DNA from: Sminthopsis crassicaudata
Taxonomy: Eukaryota
Length of the DNA: 64,000 nucleotides
Assembly (NCBI RefSeq): GCF_048593235.1
Contig: NC_133620.1
Span: forward strand, 228,099,929 to 228,163,928
Reading direction: 5' to 3'
Shown here: one piece after another, positions 25,929-39,971 of the stretch
Numbering within the stretch: position 1 is the stretch's first letter
Layout: each line of letters opens with the position of its first letter
Program-made: the position numbers and the translations under genes
Notes under the pieces: generated by a model
The model's database searches: none
What the model saw: only the letters and a program-made list of their open reading frames with translations
Told to the model about the DNA's origin: nothing

Positions 25929-26595
25929 CACCTTGAACAAAGAAAATGCAAACAGAATTCATGTTTCTTTAATTTTATTGGGGGAGAGGTGACATAGAGA
26001 AAGACTGTTGCAAATTGAACTATAATTACTGGAATTGAGTTTGGGGTACTAGAATATAGAATGTATGAAGGAGGATAATAGAAATTAAGTCTAGAATGAA
26101 GATGGGATCTAGAATGTGAATAGCTATTTTATCACAGAGATATTAGTGAGCTACTGAAGAATTTTTAGTAGAGAAGTTAAACTGGTTTAGGAATTTAACT
26201 TTGGAAATCAATTAGAAGATGGGTTAGAAAGGAAAGACTAGAATCTAGCAAGGAGACTAATTAAGAGAACAACTGGTTCAGAAAAGGTAAGAGTTGATAA
26301 AGACCTGAACTAAGATAATTATTTTAGTAGAGAGGAAGTGCAAGGTATATTATGGTAAATCTTGAACAAGGTTAATGTGTAGCTGGCAAGGGAGGTGTGA
26401 GAGAGGTACGATTCAAGAATGACACCTACAAACCAGAATAACTAGAAAGATGTTGGTTTATTCTATAGAAATAAGGAAATTTGGAGAAAAAATAATGAGT
26501 TACATTTTGGAAGTGCTGAGTTGAGATACCAATGAGCCATTTAGGTAGAGATATATAAAAAGCTATTGGTTATATGTACCCATTGTTTGTGTACC

Positions 26596-26646
<51 letters not shown>
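26596..26646. repeat. (GATA)12 microsatellite
   Basis: Seen directly. Confidence 0.98.
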
Positions 26647-27670
26647 GTAATTGAATGGCTGGAAAGGAGGCAGAATAGACTTCTCTAGTCTCTTCTCCCC
26701 TCACCTTTTTCCATGGGAAACTTGCCAGGAAAAGGAGCGGGAAGTTGGGAGTGGAAGCTACTCTGTTCTCAGAGAAAGGGGAGATTGGGATAAAATTAAT
26801 CTATCAGCTCCCTTAAATATCCTTAAGTTTAGTGAATATGATCAGGTCCAATCTAAACTTTGTCATTAGCTCTATGCCCAAGATTTAATCCCTTTCATAC
26901 CAAATACCAATTCCACAATGAACACATAGCAAATGGCAAAAAAACCCATTTATCAAAATCATAGCAAAACAAAAATCAGAGAAAGTATACATAGAAGAAT
27001 ATATATCAAGCAATTCAAAATGAAAGAGCTTTCCTATTGGAAACTCAACCAAGAAAGAGTGTCATTGATCTCATCCAAGGAGGAAACCCCCTAAAACATC
27101 TTATATACATACCACTGTAGGGATAGGGATGTGATAAAGAGTGCCAGCTCTTTTCATGTTTTCCCAGAGTATTTTCCTTCAGCAACCTGAAATGGGATTG
27201 ACCTCTTCCAACTTCTTTCTTGAAGCTGGAAGCCAGAAACACCTGAATGGACTCAAATCTCAGGAAGTATTATTGAATACCAATCAAGAACTGAAAATCT
27301 CTTGGGTTCTCAACAACTCTGCCTCTCATGGGGGTTGGAACTTATTTCCTCCATTAAGGAAAGAATCCCATACCAATGGGCTCTGGAGCAGGAGTTATGT
27401 ACATATAATATTCAGAAAAGATTAAACCTATAAGTTTAGGAATCACACTTATAGACACTGTTGAGCCAAGAGAAAAGAAAAAATGCCCAGAATAGACACC
27501 CAGAGTTGGAGAGGAATATTGATCTGACAAAGGAGAGTGACTGATCAAACAGGTGGAAAGGAAAAAAAAAAAACAAGAAAGTAGTTCAAGAGAACATGTT
27601 CAACATTTCTAACAAACTGCAGAGATGGGTTAAATGTCATGGACCACTGAATTTAGTATTTTAATCATTT

Positions 27671-27831
27671 TTTAAAATTTCATTCATTTATTTATTGCTG
27701 AGGCAATTGGGGCTAAGTTCCTTGCCCAGGGCCACACAGCTAGGAAATGTTAAGTGTCTGAGACCAGATTTGAACTCAGGTCCTTCTGATTTCAGGGTTG
27801 GTGCTCTATCCACTGTGCCACCTAGCTGCCC
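27671..27831 (-). mobile_element. WSINE1-like SINE
   Basis: Same consensus; A and B boxes recognisable. Confidence 0.85.
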
Positions 27832-28439
27832 TTAAAATCACTGTTAAACTTGGAGTGAGCAGTTTCAGTAGAATGATGGGGTTGGAAAAATAAATTGCAA
27901 TGTATTGAGAAATAAGGAAATGAAGGCAATAAGTATAAAAGACTCTTGAAGATTATCTTTGAAAGATATTAGTTTCAGGGGGTGACAGAGTAAATGAAGT
28001 GAAGGCTTTAGAAATCAAAAGTCAACAACAATTTGAATATAGCTGTAGAAACCTGACACAATGATTATCAGCTATAGGCAGGTCAGTGGAATAATGGGCA
28101 GAGTGCTAGTGTGAAATCAGGAAGACTTGAATTCAAATCCAACCTCAGATACTAGTGACTCTGGACAAATCTCTAAACTCAGTTTTTTCCCCTGTAAAAT
28201 GGAGATAACATAAATTGAGGGTGGTAGTAGTTGTTTATTGTATTTAATAAACTTAACATCTTGTAAAAAAAAAAAAAAAGCCCATTATCTACCTCATAGA
28301 GTAGGATATGATGATATCCTGATGAGGATAAAATGAGATATTTGTAAAGTGCTTAGAATAGTGTCTGGCACAGACGAGGTGCTTTTTAATGTTATTTCCT
28401 TCCCTCCCTCAAAGCATCCCTCCAATATGACTAACTGAA

Positions 28440-28593
28440 GCTGTAAGTCAGAACATGATGACCCTTGGAAGGGTGTTTATGAAGTCAAAACTATTTTCGT
28501 AACAAAATTTTTAATTTCTAGTATTGTACCTATCAATAGATATATTTTTAAGAACATAAAGGTATCCTAAGCCCAAAATATTTAAGAACTGCT
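28440..28593. mobile_element. hAT-Charlie fragment
   Basis: GAAGTCAAAACTATTTTCGTAA motif and a terminal TTTAAGAACTGCTG resembling Charlie ends. Confidence 0.4.
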
Positions 28594-30269
28594 GGGTTGG
28601 TCTTCATGGCCCTGACACTACTGCCAGATGCATTACAGGAGCTGAAAGAAATACACCCCAGGCCAATTAAAGAGCAAACCTAGAAGAGATCCTGCTGATA
28701 GGGAAATTGGAGTATTTTTTAAAAGAAGGCTTTAACTCAGGAATTCTGTCACACTGGTGTGGTGCGGCAGTGATTCAGTTTCTCTCTTGGGGAATATAAA
28801 ATAGCTCTGAATGTGTGCATTTTAAAAAATATATATATATAAAGACACTTTCTTTGGGGAGAAACTTTTCAGCAATTTGGAGGGAAAATGACTGATGAAA
28901 CTACCTAATGGAAATTCATTGGATGATCAACAGGTGGCAGCAATAGCATTACAACGGAGAAAGTGATCCAGCTGATGCCATGGTTATCACTGTGGGGAAA
29001 CACGTCAATATGGAAATAGTCTCTAAATCTAGGAAGCAATTTTAAGCTCATGAGTTTTTCAGACTATAAAAATTCCCTCTCCTATCTTTGGTATTCCTTC
29101 TCCAATCTATGGGAGAATGTGCTCCTGTATATGGAAGGATTTTTGCTATTTTTCTAATGAGCTGGTCTGATAAAGGTAGCATCCTCTGGGAGGTGGGGAA
29201 GACCTCCATGAGCAATGGTTTTGAATAGACAAAGACCCACTGAGTACCATAAACCTACATGTAGTTTTCAGAAAACTATCTTGAGAATAACCTAGAGAAT
29301 GTAAATATGGAGTAAAGGAGGAGAAATTGAAGATGAGCTAGAAATGAAATAATGAAGGAGAAGCAAAAACTAAGAAAAAAAAAAAAGAACAAAAGTTAGA
29401 GGGAGTAAAAAGTGCCTCCCCATTATCCCCATTAACAGCCACAAAAATAATTTTACCTTCACCCAAATGATTTCATTTCTAGAATTTCATTCCCTCAAAA
29501 CATCCTAAAAAGGAAATATTGGTACAAAAATATTTACAGTGGCTCCATTAAAATTAGTTAACTAAAATTTTTAAAAATGAAAGCAACTTTTTATTTTCAA
29601 CATTTGAAGTCCTACAAATTTATGACAAGATCTTTTTGAAGTAATTCAAATCAAAATCAGACCTGTATATAGATTGACTATGCTATAAAAAGGGAAAAGG
29701 AAATAAAATTAAATGTAGCAAAACATCTGGCCCAATACCCTAATTTTATAAATGAGAAAATTAAGGTTTGGTGATGTTATGATTTGCTCAAGATCACATA
29801 TAATAAGCATAAAAGGTGAAATGAACCACAGTCCTCTATAGAACCAGGACTTTTTTTTTTTTTCCCACAGTCCATGAATTCCACCAATTCCCTTAGATTT
29901 TTACATTTGTTTCTGCCTTCTTAAATAATTAGTTTGTTTAACGTATCCTTCATTTTGATAATGTAACAAGCCACTAGAAAATGTCCACTAGTGGATAAAA
30001 ACCTCAATTCCCATGGAACTCCCCTGACTTTGTAACAGATTGGGGACAAATTAAGACTTACAAACAGAGAATAATAATGATAATCTTCACAGGATTGTTA
30101 TCAAAACCAAATGACATAATATATGTAAAACTTAAATCAAAGGAGAACCAATGAGATAATATATGTAAAGCACATTGCAAACCTTATACCATATAAATTC
30201 TAGCTATAGTGGTGATAATGATGATGATATTATAAATATGATTAACAGTAATTTTGGCAACATCAGTGG

Positions 30270-32420
30270 TAGTGCATCAAGAGATGTTATTTTCTCAGTT
30301 GTTACACTTAGCACATTTACCAAATTTGACCATGTATTAGGTAAAGTATAAAATTCCACAAACAAAGCAGAAACATTAAATGCCCCTTTTACTGGCCATG
30401 ATATTGAAAACTTACATTCAAGAAAATGTTCTTGAAACAAATAATGACAAATTAATTAGAAACTAAATAATAATCTTGAAGAATGCCTGGACCAAAGAAC
30501 AAATTTTAGAAATAATAACTTAATTCATTTGTAATTAAATATAATTACAAAAAGACACAATATGCCAAAATTTATGGGATGCAACAAAGAAGTACTTAAG
30601 GAAAATGTTCTATCACTAAATTCCTTCATGAATAAAATGAGAGGTAGAATAAATCAACAAATTGAACAACTGAAAAACTGAAAAAAAAAGACAAAAATTA
30701 TAACCCCCAAAATATAAAACCCCCAATTAAACACCAAATATAGAAATTTTGAAAACCAAAAGATTTTAACAATCATGGGAAGCTTAGGTCCAGATGGACT
30801 TACAAGTAAATTTTACCAAAAATTTAAAGAACAATTCATTCTAATTGTATGAAAACTATTTGGGAAAAAAAAAAAAAAAAAAAAAAAGGAAAGAAGTCTA
30901 CTAAAACTCCTTCTACAATACAAATAAGATCTTGTTACTTAAATTAGAAACAATCAAATAAAGAAAACTAAAGACTAATTGTCACAAATAATTCAAATGA
31001 AATAATAGCAAAGAGGCTGTAGCAACATGTCACAAAGATTATACATGATGAAATGGTTGAATTTATGCCAGAAATGCAGGGTGGTTTGTTATTTTTAAAA
31101 AACTATAAACACAATTGCCTGGATTCATCACAAAGACATGAAAAATCTATATGAATAGAAACAGGAAAATCTTATGACAAAATATAATACCCATTCCTGT
31201 TTTGTTTTTTCAAGAAATTGTTAGGGAACATAGGGATAAATAGATCTTTGCTTAATCTAAGCAATATCTAAAACCAATATCCAGAGTTAAATGTAATGAA
31301 AAAAAACTGAAGTTCTTTCCAATAAGATCAAAGGTAAAACAAGGAGGTCTGTTATATCAATACTGTTTGATGAAGTGTTAGAAAAAACTTGAGAGAATAA
31401 GTATAGGCAAAAAGAAAATAAAATATCCTTTTTTGAATTTGATATTATTATCTATTTGATAAGTTTAGAGAGTCAACTAAAGGATTAATTGAAACAATAA
31501 CTTCAGCAAAGTTTCAGCACATAAAATAAACCTAGATAAATCATCAGCATTTCTGCAAGATTCCAACAAAATTTAGTAGGAAGAGGTAAAGAGAAAAATA
31601 CATTTAAAATAACTATGGAATCCATGAAATACTTGAAAGATTACTTGCTAAAATATTCATGAACTATAACGGAACAATTCTAAAACTCTTTCAAGAAATA
31701 GAGACATCCTCAAGTAATTGGGAAAATATTAATTGTTCATTGGTAGACTGAGCCAATGTAAATAGTGACAATGCCAATGTCATGTAAAGTAGTTTGTTAT
31801 ACCAACCAAACTAAGCAAGGATTACTTTATAGATTTAGAGAAAATAACCATATTTATCTGGAGGAACAAAAGGTGAAGAATCTTTTGATATTTAATGAAA
31901 AAAGGAAAGAAAGATGACTAGCAAAACTAGATCTCCAATTACATTATAAAGCAGAAATAATCAAAGCCATTTGGTACTGGTTAAGACATAGTTGAATGGC
32001 AAAACAAATTTTGTAGTTGATATACTAAAAGAGAGCAACCTAGTTGTTTGATAATTCTAAAGATACCAAATACTGGGGTAAGGATTCACTATTTGACAAT
32101 AGCTGCTGGGGGAAAATGGATAGAAGTCTGGCAAAAACTAGATATATACCAACATCTCATACCATATACCAAGATAAGCTCTAAATTATTACATGATACT
32201 TAAAATAATATATCATAAATGAACAAAAAAGACATCACCTTTCAGGTATATGGATAGGGAAAGAACTTATGAACAAATAATAAAAAGAATCACAGAAAAT
32301 AATATTTCATTACATAAAATTTAAAAAAAAATTTCCTATAAAGCTAAAGCAGCTAAAATTAGAAGAGGCAATTAGGAAAAATCTTCATAGCATGTTTTTC
32401 TTATAAAAGTTTCCAAGATA
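30270..32420 (+). mobile_element. Old L1 ORF2 remnant with internal deletions
   Basis: Decayed endonuclease end (F.KFDHVLG), GPDGLTSKFYQKFKEQ, later RT and C-terminal motifs; many stops. Confidence 0.8.
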
Positions 32421-34334
32421 GAGGATAGAGGAGTGACATAGTGATATGTCAAAAATCCCACAGCTAGCAAGTTTCTGAGGAGACCCAAGCCTTTCTGATT
32501 CCAGGCACCAGTACTCTGACCATTATGTGGCACTTCCTTTCCTATGCAAAGTTAATGACCAAAAAAATTATCATTTGATGAAGGCCTGAGTCAATTCAAA
32601 TACTTTGGAAAATTTTCCTATATTTTATGGATTAAATATCCTCTTTCTCTCCTCTTTCTGGTTTTTCCATCATTATAAATACACAAGCTAATGGTGAATA
32701 GAGAATTTTCACATGGGTCCATAATAAAGCAAAGCATTAATCAGAAGAGAAAGAGAAATGATTCCTTTTTTGTCTTTTTTATTTAAATTCAAAATGAATT
32801 TAAAGTGTGGAGAAAATGATTTTTAAAATGAAATTATCTTCACTGAGCCAATTAGGTGACTCATTCATACTCAATTGGGATCTTCTAATTATAAAATTCT
32901 TCACATCTATTTCAATTTAAAATTATAATAAATTAATGCTTGGCAAGCATTTACCTTGAGGATTTCTTAAAACAGGTTTATGGGTTGTCTGCTACATATG
33001 TATAATCTATGTTTGAAATGGCTTAGATTTTTTTCTTTTGCAATTTTTTATCTTCTTAGGTACCAGAAAAGATCAGAAAATATAGGGCTGGAATATGAAT
33101 TGTCTGGCTCATTTGACCTCAAAGTAGCTACATAAAGTGATTTTATATGTAGACTTTCAAAAAGAAAGATTGGGTCTCTGTGCCGTATAGAAAACATGAC
33201 CAAGACAAAACATGGCACACCTACAGCTAATACTCACCAGGCAATTACTCCATTTAATTGATTTAAGGACCCTAGGATAGCCCTAAAAGATGACTCCCAG
33301 TCATCTAATCCTAAGCATGGACCAATGACTTCATCTGGCAATTGATCAGGAAGCAAATGCCATCCCTACAGGTATTTGGGAACACATAAATGTTGCCTAC
33401 CATATGAGACAGTGTTAGATGATTTTGGGAAAATTAAAGGTAGTTCCATGCCCTACTCTTTGACTTTTAAGCCTAAAAATGCTTGAGGGTTAATCCCTCC
33501 ACCAAGACTAAATGAACTCTTGTTAATTTCCAGTTCCTAATCTCTTATAATGTTTCTGAACTGTGTCCCACATTTTCCAGAGACAATTAAAATTTAACTG
33601 GAGGTGTTGCTTCAGGGAAAATAAATGTTTAATTTTCTTTTAAAAGAAATGTTTAATTTCTTTTAAAATTTAAAATTTAATTATAAATTAAATTTTATTA
33701 AATTTAATTTAATTTATTAAATTTGTTAAAATTTAAAATTCTTTTAAAATTTAAAATTTAAAAGAAATGTTTAATTTTCTTTTAAAGCCCAGTTTTCCGA
33801 ATATCCTTTCCCCTTCTGTTTTATCAAAGAAGTATACTAAATAATATGCCTATTTTTTTCTGGAGCAAGTTTCAGAGAAGAAAGGTAATTGTTGCTGCCA
33901 CTGAAATGTCAATTTGGATCCAATTTAGGGTCTGTAATGAAGAATGGAAACCCCTGCATGCAAAGTCCTTTAGTGCATGAAAGTATAGCTGAAAGTCTGA
34001 TATTTACATCAGTGTATATCAACTTTATTTAACTGAATTGATTCTCCTTACCTCATCTGTCTTTAAATGACTGTCAATGGGAAGTGTAGAACAAAAGGTG
34101 AGGGACCAAACTTTATTCCCTTAAGGGCATCTTACCATTTAGAAAATGGAAAAAATTGTAGCTAAGCAATAGAGTAATATATTGTACTATAAATGCTCCT
34201 CCACATGGCACCAGGCAGTTGACAGAATGCAAGACATTTCCATCTATGTCTATGAAAATATTACATAATGATTTTGGACGATGATATCTCTAGAGTTCTT
34301 AACTGGGGCTAAACCATATCTATTGACCCAAAAT

Positions 34335-34777
34335 TGTAAGGGTTAAAAAGCCTCTAGAAGCAAGGAATGCAGTTCAAGGCATGTGGGAGGACCTGAGGGT
34401 TCCTAGGCATAGGCGAGTCCTACGCGGAGGTGGGGCACAGCCTCATGAGGCGTGTCTGAGTCCAGGTACCACGCCTCCCTCCTTAGTGCTCTCAAAGCCT
34501 AGCACGCCTCCCTCCTTCTTCTTGGGCCAATCCCATTATGCCAGGTTCCTAGAGGACCTCCCCCTTCCCCCAGATCCTCAGGGGGGTATAAATATATGCT
34601 ATCTAAGAATAAAGTTCTCTTTCGCTTCACCCCTACCTAATGGTGGTCTGTCTCTATGGGATCCGGGTTGGTGCCTGAAGACAGGTAAGTGTGGCCTAGC
34701 CATGCCTTCAATGGACTGGCATTAAGAGTAGCTCTAAGGGAAGCTACCAGGTTAGAGTAGTCCATAGGGGTGTAACA
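34335..34777 (+). mobile_element. Solo LTR of a second ERV family (443 bp)
   Basis: TG...CA termini, 5-bp TSD AAAAT, TATAAATA at 34587, AATAAA at 34608; CpG-rich relative to its flanks. Confidence 0.9.
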
Positions 34778-36686
34778 AAAATAACAACAGATGTCAGGAA
34801 AAGATGTGTCACTTGTACTGTGTTTTCAAAGAAAAGTATTCATAATGCAATCATAATATTAATGAACCCAAATTAAATCAAGTTTAAGGGCATAATGTGT
34901 ATGACATTTTTATCATATTTTATCATTTTTTATTTTATAACCAGCATCTTAATTATGACAAACTATTTCATGCGGCATATAGAATCATTACCACTAGAAA
35001 CCAAAAAAGCCTATAGTTGCTAAGGAATTATGGGAGAGAAAAACATTTCTCTGTAGACAGCTTCACTGCCATGATCAATTCTGTCCAATTATAAAGAATT
35101 TAAACCCAAAAAGACACAGATTTTGGAAGGAACTAAGAAGTCTATATAATTATATGTCCTTTTTATCCCAGGTTGGAAGAGATAATTTTAGAAGCCAGAG
35201 AGGTATTAAAAGTCTCTCCTGCTCATTCCTCCTGACATTTAGCCACAAATGAGTAAAAAGTGAAAGCAAAGGTTAATGCATAGTTTATATATGAGTGAAA
35301 GATACAGGATAGCTTAATAGGTCCTGAAACAATGAGTAAGAATAATGGAAGATGACTCTAGGGTGTCTCCCTGACCTATGATAACTTTACATGTCTTATT
35401 AGCTTTTATAACTGTAGAAGGTAGATTGCCCTCTGATTATCAATTCTCTAAACTCCAGCTCTAATTTCCATAATTATCAGCATTTTTTGAGTTTTTATCC
35501 ACTATAATAATATTTATTGCTTTTCTATCTTGAATAATATTCTTTTTAGCAAAACAAAACAAAAAAAAATGAGTTATATATCTACTTTTTCTTTAAATGT
35601 CAGCATTATCTGATCTTCCCACAAGCAGTGAGCCTACTTTCTTCTTGCCCTAATATATATATTTTGGGGAAGGCAGTTGTGATTAAGTGATTTGTCCAAA
35701 ATCATGCAGCTAATTAGTAGCTGAGGCCAAATTTTAATTAATGTCCTGATTCCAGTAACAGGGGTTTATCCACTTCATCACCTAGCTATCCTTTGCTCTG
35801 AATGTTTTTTAAAAAATCTTTCTTCATGTTATTAGGCCAAAATTAGCACAAGTGGTAAAGAATTGATCCCTCCTTTGTTGCAACGCAGCTTCAGAAGCTA
35901 CATTGAGTGCAAAAAAAATCATGCATTAACACTCCCTTCACCTTAGTCGTATCTTATAGCCTTTTCAGGCTACCTTCACAGGAAATATTTTTATTTTATT
36001 GGCTGAGAAATTAGACATATCCTTGGGCTTACATGAAAGGGTGTAATAGCTTAATGTAATAGCATAGAATTTGGCAATTCAATAGTAAAGGAGTCAAGCT
36101 CTGGGAGTTTCCAGGCTCAAGGCATTTGAGATGGCCACTTTGCCTCCTTTTGCCACTAACAAGCTCTATGACCTTGGGCCAATCACTTAAGCTTCCCAAC
36201 TTTCCATTTCCTCATCTATAAAATGCAAGGGTTGAACTGGATGAGTGCATGGCTCAGAGCAATAGAGATACTTTGAGAGAGCCACTCATCTAGTTTAAGC
36301 TGTTGTATAAAAGAGAGATGAAGACGGACCACAAAGGACCTAAACAGTGATAGAGCTTTATAAAGATTGTCATATTCCGAGCCCCTATCTAATATGCTTC
36401 TCATATGAGTCAATTAATTAATAGCTCAATTAATAGCTAAGTAAGTTACCTAGTAAAGTATAAAAATTGGGCAAAGGAAATTCTAAGGCCAATTGGTATC
36501 TATAGCAGATACCTATCAAATGCAGAACTATCCTGGACCAACAGTCACTGAAATATTAGAACCCCTGAAAACAAGAGATTTATGGTTGAATTGGCTGAAG
36601 AGAAACTTATTTATAGCCAGATGTCATATAGCATAGGGGATAGTGACCAGAATAAATTACTAATGCAGAGGTTGATGGGTTTTCAT

Positions 36687-37137
36687 NNNNNNNNNNNNNN
36701 NNNNNNNNNNNNNNNNNNNNNNNNNNNNNNNNNNNNNNNNNNNNNNNNNNNNNNNNNNNNNNNNNNNNNNNNNNNNNNNNNNNNNNNNNNNNNNNNNNNN
36801 NNNNNNNNNNNNNNNNNNNNNNNNNNNNNNNNNNNNNNNNNNNNNNNNNNNNNNNNNNNNNNNNNNNNNNNNNNNNNNNNNNNNNNNNNNNNNNNNNNNN
36901 NNNNNNNNNNNNNNNNNNNNNNNNNNNNNNNNNNNNNNNNNNNNNNNNNNNNNNNNNNNNNNNNNNNNNNNNNNNNNNNNNNNNNNNNNNNNNNNNNNNN
37001 NNNNNNNNNNNNNNNNNNNNNNNNNNNNNNNNNNNNNNNNNNNNNNNNNNNNNNNNNNNNNNNNNNNNNNNNNNNNNNNNNNNNNNNNNNNNNNNNNNNN
37101 NNNNNNNNNNNNNNNNNNNNNNNNNNNNNNNNNNNNN
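36687..37137. other. Assembly gap (451 N) next to a purine-rich GA repeat (37138-37270)
   Basis: Seen directly. Confidence 1.
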
Positions 37138-39334
37138 GAAGAGAAAGAGAGGAGAAAAGGTAAGTGGGGGGGAAAGGATGGAGGAAGGGAGGAAGAAAGG
37201 AAGGAAAGAAGAAAGGAAGACAGGAGGGAAAGGGAGAGGGAGAAGGGAGGAAGAAGAGACAGAGACAGAGAACAAAACAAATCATTGCTCTGTTTTATGC
37301 TCCAATAATAAAGGAAAGGACTTGTTTCTCATTGTGCCAATGAGGTTAATCATAGGTGGTTGATTTGTTTTGTTTTATATTTTTCCCATTTGCTCCAATT
37401 AGTTTTGAGAAAAATTCTAAGCCTTGACCCAAATCAAAATTCTGACCTTAACCATCTGTCTCATAGAATGCCTTCTGTCGCAAAGAAGTTTGGGAACAAA
37501 TGCAGCCTCTACCCTACAGACAGTGGATCAAGGTTTTTAATTCATTCATAGAATTGGGGAATACATGTGCATTTGCTATTATTCCAGGGGAGATGGACAC
37601 ACTCCTCCAGAGGTATGTGGTGGAAAAGAGTTTTCTGCTGGAAGTCAAGAGGCTTGGCTTCTGTGCCTGTATGACCACAGGCAAATCATTCTGCTTTTCT
37701 TGGTTTTAGTGTCTTCAGATTTGTAAAATGAAATGATTAGGTTAGACTGAACTCAATTCAATTGACCAATACATACAGAATCATATAGTTGGCAAGTAAC
37801 TCAGATGTCATCTAGTCCAATCCATACCTGAATGAGAGTCCCCTCTACCTGAAAAGTCCTTGCTTAAAGACTTCCAATGGGGAAGAACCTGTTAACTCTT
37901 AAAGCAATTTCTTTTTCTTCTGGATAGCTCCAATTTTAGAAAGTTAAACCTAAAATGAACATCCATGACTCCTGATTTTGCTCTCTGGGGACAAGTAGAT
38001 CAATATTCCACCAATCTGTTTCAGTTTTGGAATTTAAAAAGCTTAGCTTGAATCTCTAACAGTCCTTCAAACATCTGATGACATCTCTATTGTCTATCCA
38101 AGCCTTGTCTTCTCTAGTCTAAACATTGCTAGTTCCATCAAAGACATTCTCTTATGTCAGGAGTTTTAGGGAATAAAAGTCACTTCTATTTCAATCTCAT
38201 GTTCTTCCAGGAAGCATTTATGCAGGCTTTATTTTTTTTTAAAACCAGGATCTGCTTGATGTGAATACTCTATTGCCAAGGGAAAAGTAGAACTGATTAA
38301 ATACTTCGAAGGTTGGTTTTGAAGATGACACTAAATTTTGAATTTACCACTGAACTTAGAACATATGCTGAATAAAACCATCATTGTGGTTGGAAAAATG
38401 GCATATACTAACTAAAGTCTTCAATTTGATTCTTGTCATTTAAATCCAGAGCAATATTTAACCAACGTGGTTCCATCAACAGATATAGAAAGTGAAATCA
38501 GTCAGGCAGTCTGCAAAAATTGCAAGGTTCCCACCTATCTCATTGAAATTAAAGACATATATTTGGTGACTCAAAGGTAGCATGATGCCATGTGGACAGT
38601 CTTAGTTTATGAGCCAATCCTTGAGCCATTCACTGTTTAGTCTAAATGAAACAACAACTCTTTGATCATTATCCAATTCAGACTGCTTTTTTGAAGCATT
38701 CAAATTCTCTCACTTCTGTTTAACCACATATTGCATTTAGATATAGAATTTCCAATTTTAACCAATTTGTGGGCACAGTAGCCAGTGCCTAAGGAAGCCA
38801 GTGGTCTAGAGCATCATTCTTCCTGAAGATTTGCTGGCCACTATGCTACAGTAAATGGAAGAGTGGGTCTAATTCAAAGTAGGATTGGAGCTAGTGGTGG
38901 GGAGCCCTGTCCAGAATATCACTCAGTCAGTAAGTCCTGGAATATCGCTTCATTGGAGAAAGGTTAGGGCTCAGTTATATTAATGAGGCAGATTAGCCAA
39001 AGGGCAAATAGATGGCACAGTGGATAGAGTTCTGGACCTGAATTCAAGTCTGGTCTCAGATACCTACTAACTGTATGATCCTGGGAAAGTCATTCATCTA
39101 TAAAATTAGCCGGAGAAGGAAATGGCAAACCACTCCAGTATTTTTGACAAGAAAACTCCAAATGGGATCATCAAGAGTCGGACATGACTGAAAAATGACT
39201 GAACAACAAACCACAGATCAGCCACAGATAAAAAATAATAATAGCTAGCATTTATATAATACATTAAGGTTTGTTAATCACTTAATATATTATTTAAATT
39301 ATCTTATCGCAACAATCCCTTGAGAGGTAGGTAC

Positions 39335-39660
39335 TGCTGGAACTCTGTCTTTCCACGAAATCAGCCAGAGTCAGGATTATCAAAAGTCTTTATTCTTGGT
39401 CTTTTGGGGTCGCTGTGAGGGGATTAGATCTAGCAAATACCTCACCTTCCTCTCTCCCCACTGCCAGGAGAATGCCTCAATTTCCTCCTCCTACTCCACC
39501 CACACACATCACTTCCCCTTCTTTGTCTCACCAATCGAGCCAGCACAGAATAGTTGGGGAGGGTCATCCTTCAAACATGTTATTAGAGAATTGTCCAATT
39601 GGCAATTAGTCTCACGTGCTCCATTATCCAAGTGCATTTGCTCAGTTCTAGCCCTTTACA
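39335..39660 (-). mobile_element. Solo LTR related to the provirus LTR, nested in a MIR
   Basis: The reverse complement begins TGTAAAGGGCTAGAACTGAG and ends GAGTTCCAGCA; perfect 6-bp TSD AGGTAC (39329-39334 and 39661-39666). Confidence 0.95.
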
Positions 39661-39820
39661 AGGTACTATTATTCTCATTTTACAGATGAGGAAACTGAGG
39701 CTAGGAGAAGTAAAGGGCTTTACCAAAGTCATAGTAAATATATGAGGCAGGATTTGAATTTACATTTTCCTGAATCCAGGGCCAGCACACCACTGTGCCA
39801 CCAAATAGCTGCTAATTTCC

Positions 39821-39971
39821 TTTTTTTTTTTTTTTTTTTTTGGCTGAGGCAATCTGGGTTAAGTGACTTGTCACACAATTAGGAAGTGTTAAGTGTCTAA
39901 GGTCAAATTTGAATTCAGGTCCTCTTGACTTCAGGGTTGGTGCTGTATTCACTGTACCACCTAACTGCCCC
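39821..39971 (-). mobile_element. WSINE1-like SINE
   Basis: Poly-T tail; ~14-bp TSD AGCTGCTAATTTCC / AGCTGCCAAATTCC. Confidence 0.85.

Larger units (their letters stand above)
24484..25955 (+). other. SNAP91: SNAP91 terminal non-coding exon (3'UTR)
   Basis: Polypyrimidine tract plus ccatag| at 24482-24483. The sequence resembles the recalled human SNAP91 3'UTR (..GAGTTTGGAGAC..GAGCCACCAGTACCAAACCC..). It ends after AATAAA at 25923; the 3' end is approximate. Confidence 0.85.

Noticed and set aside
26880-27480. Possible LINE or transposon coding remnant with small ORFs
   Set aside because: No RT or transposase motif was recognisable; left unassigned.
36582-37285. Four long ORFs (193-222 aa) in the track
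   Set aside because: They are open only because they run through the 451-N gap and a GA-rich repeat.
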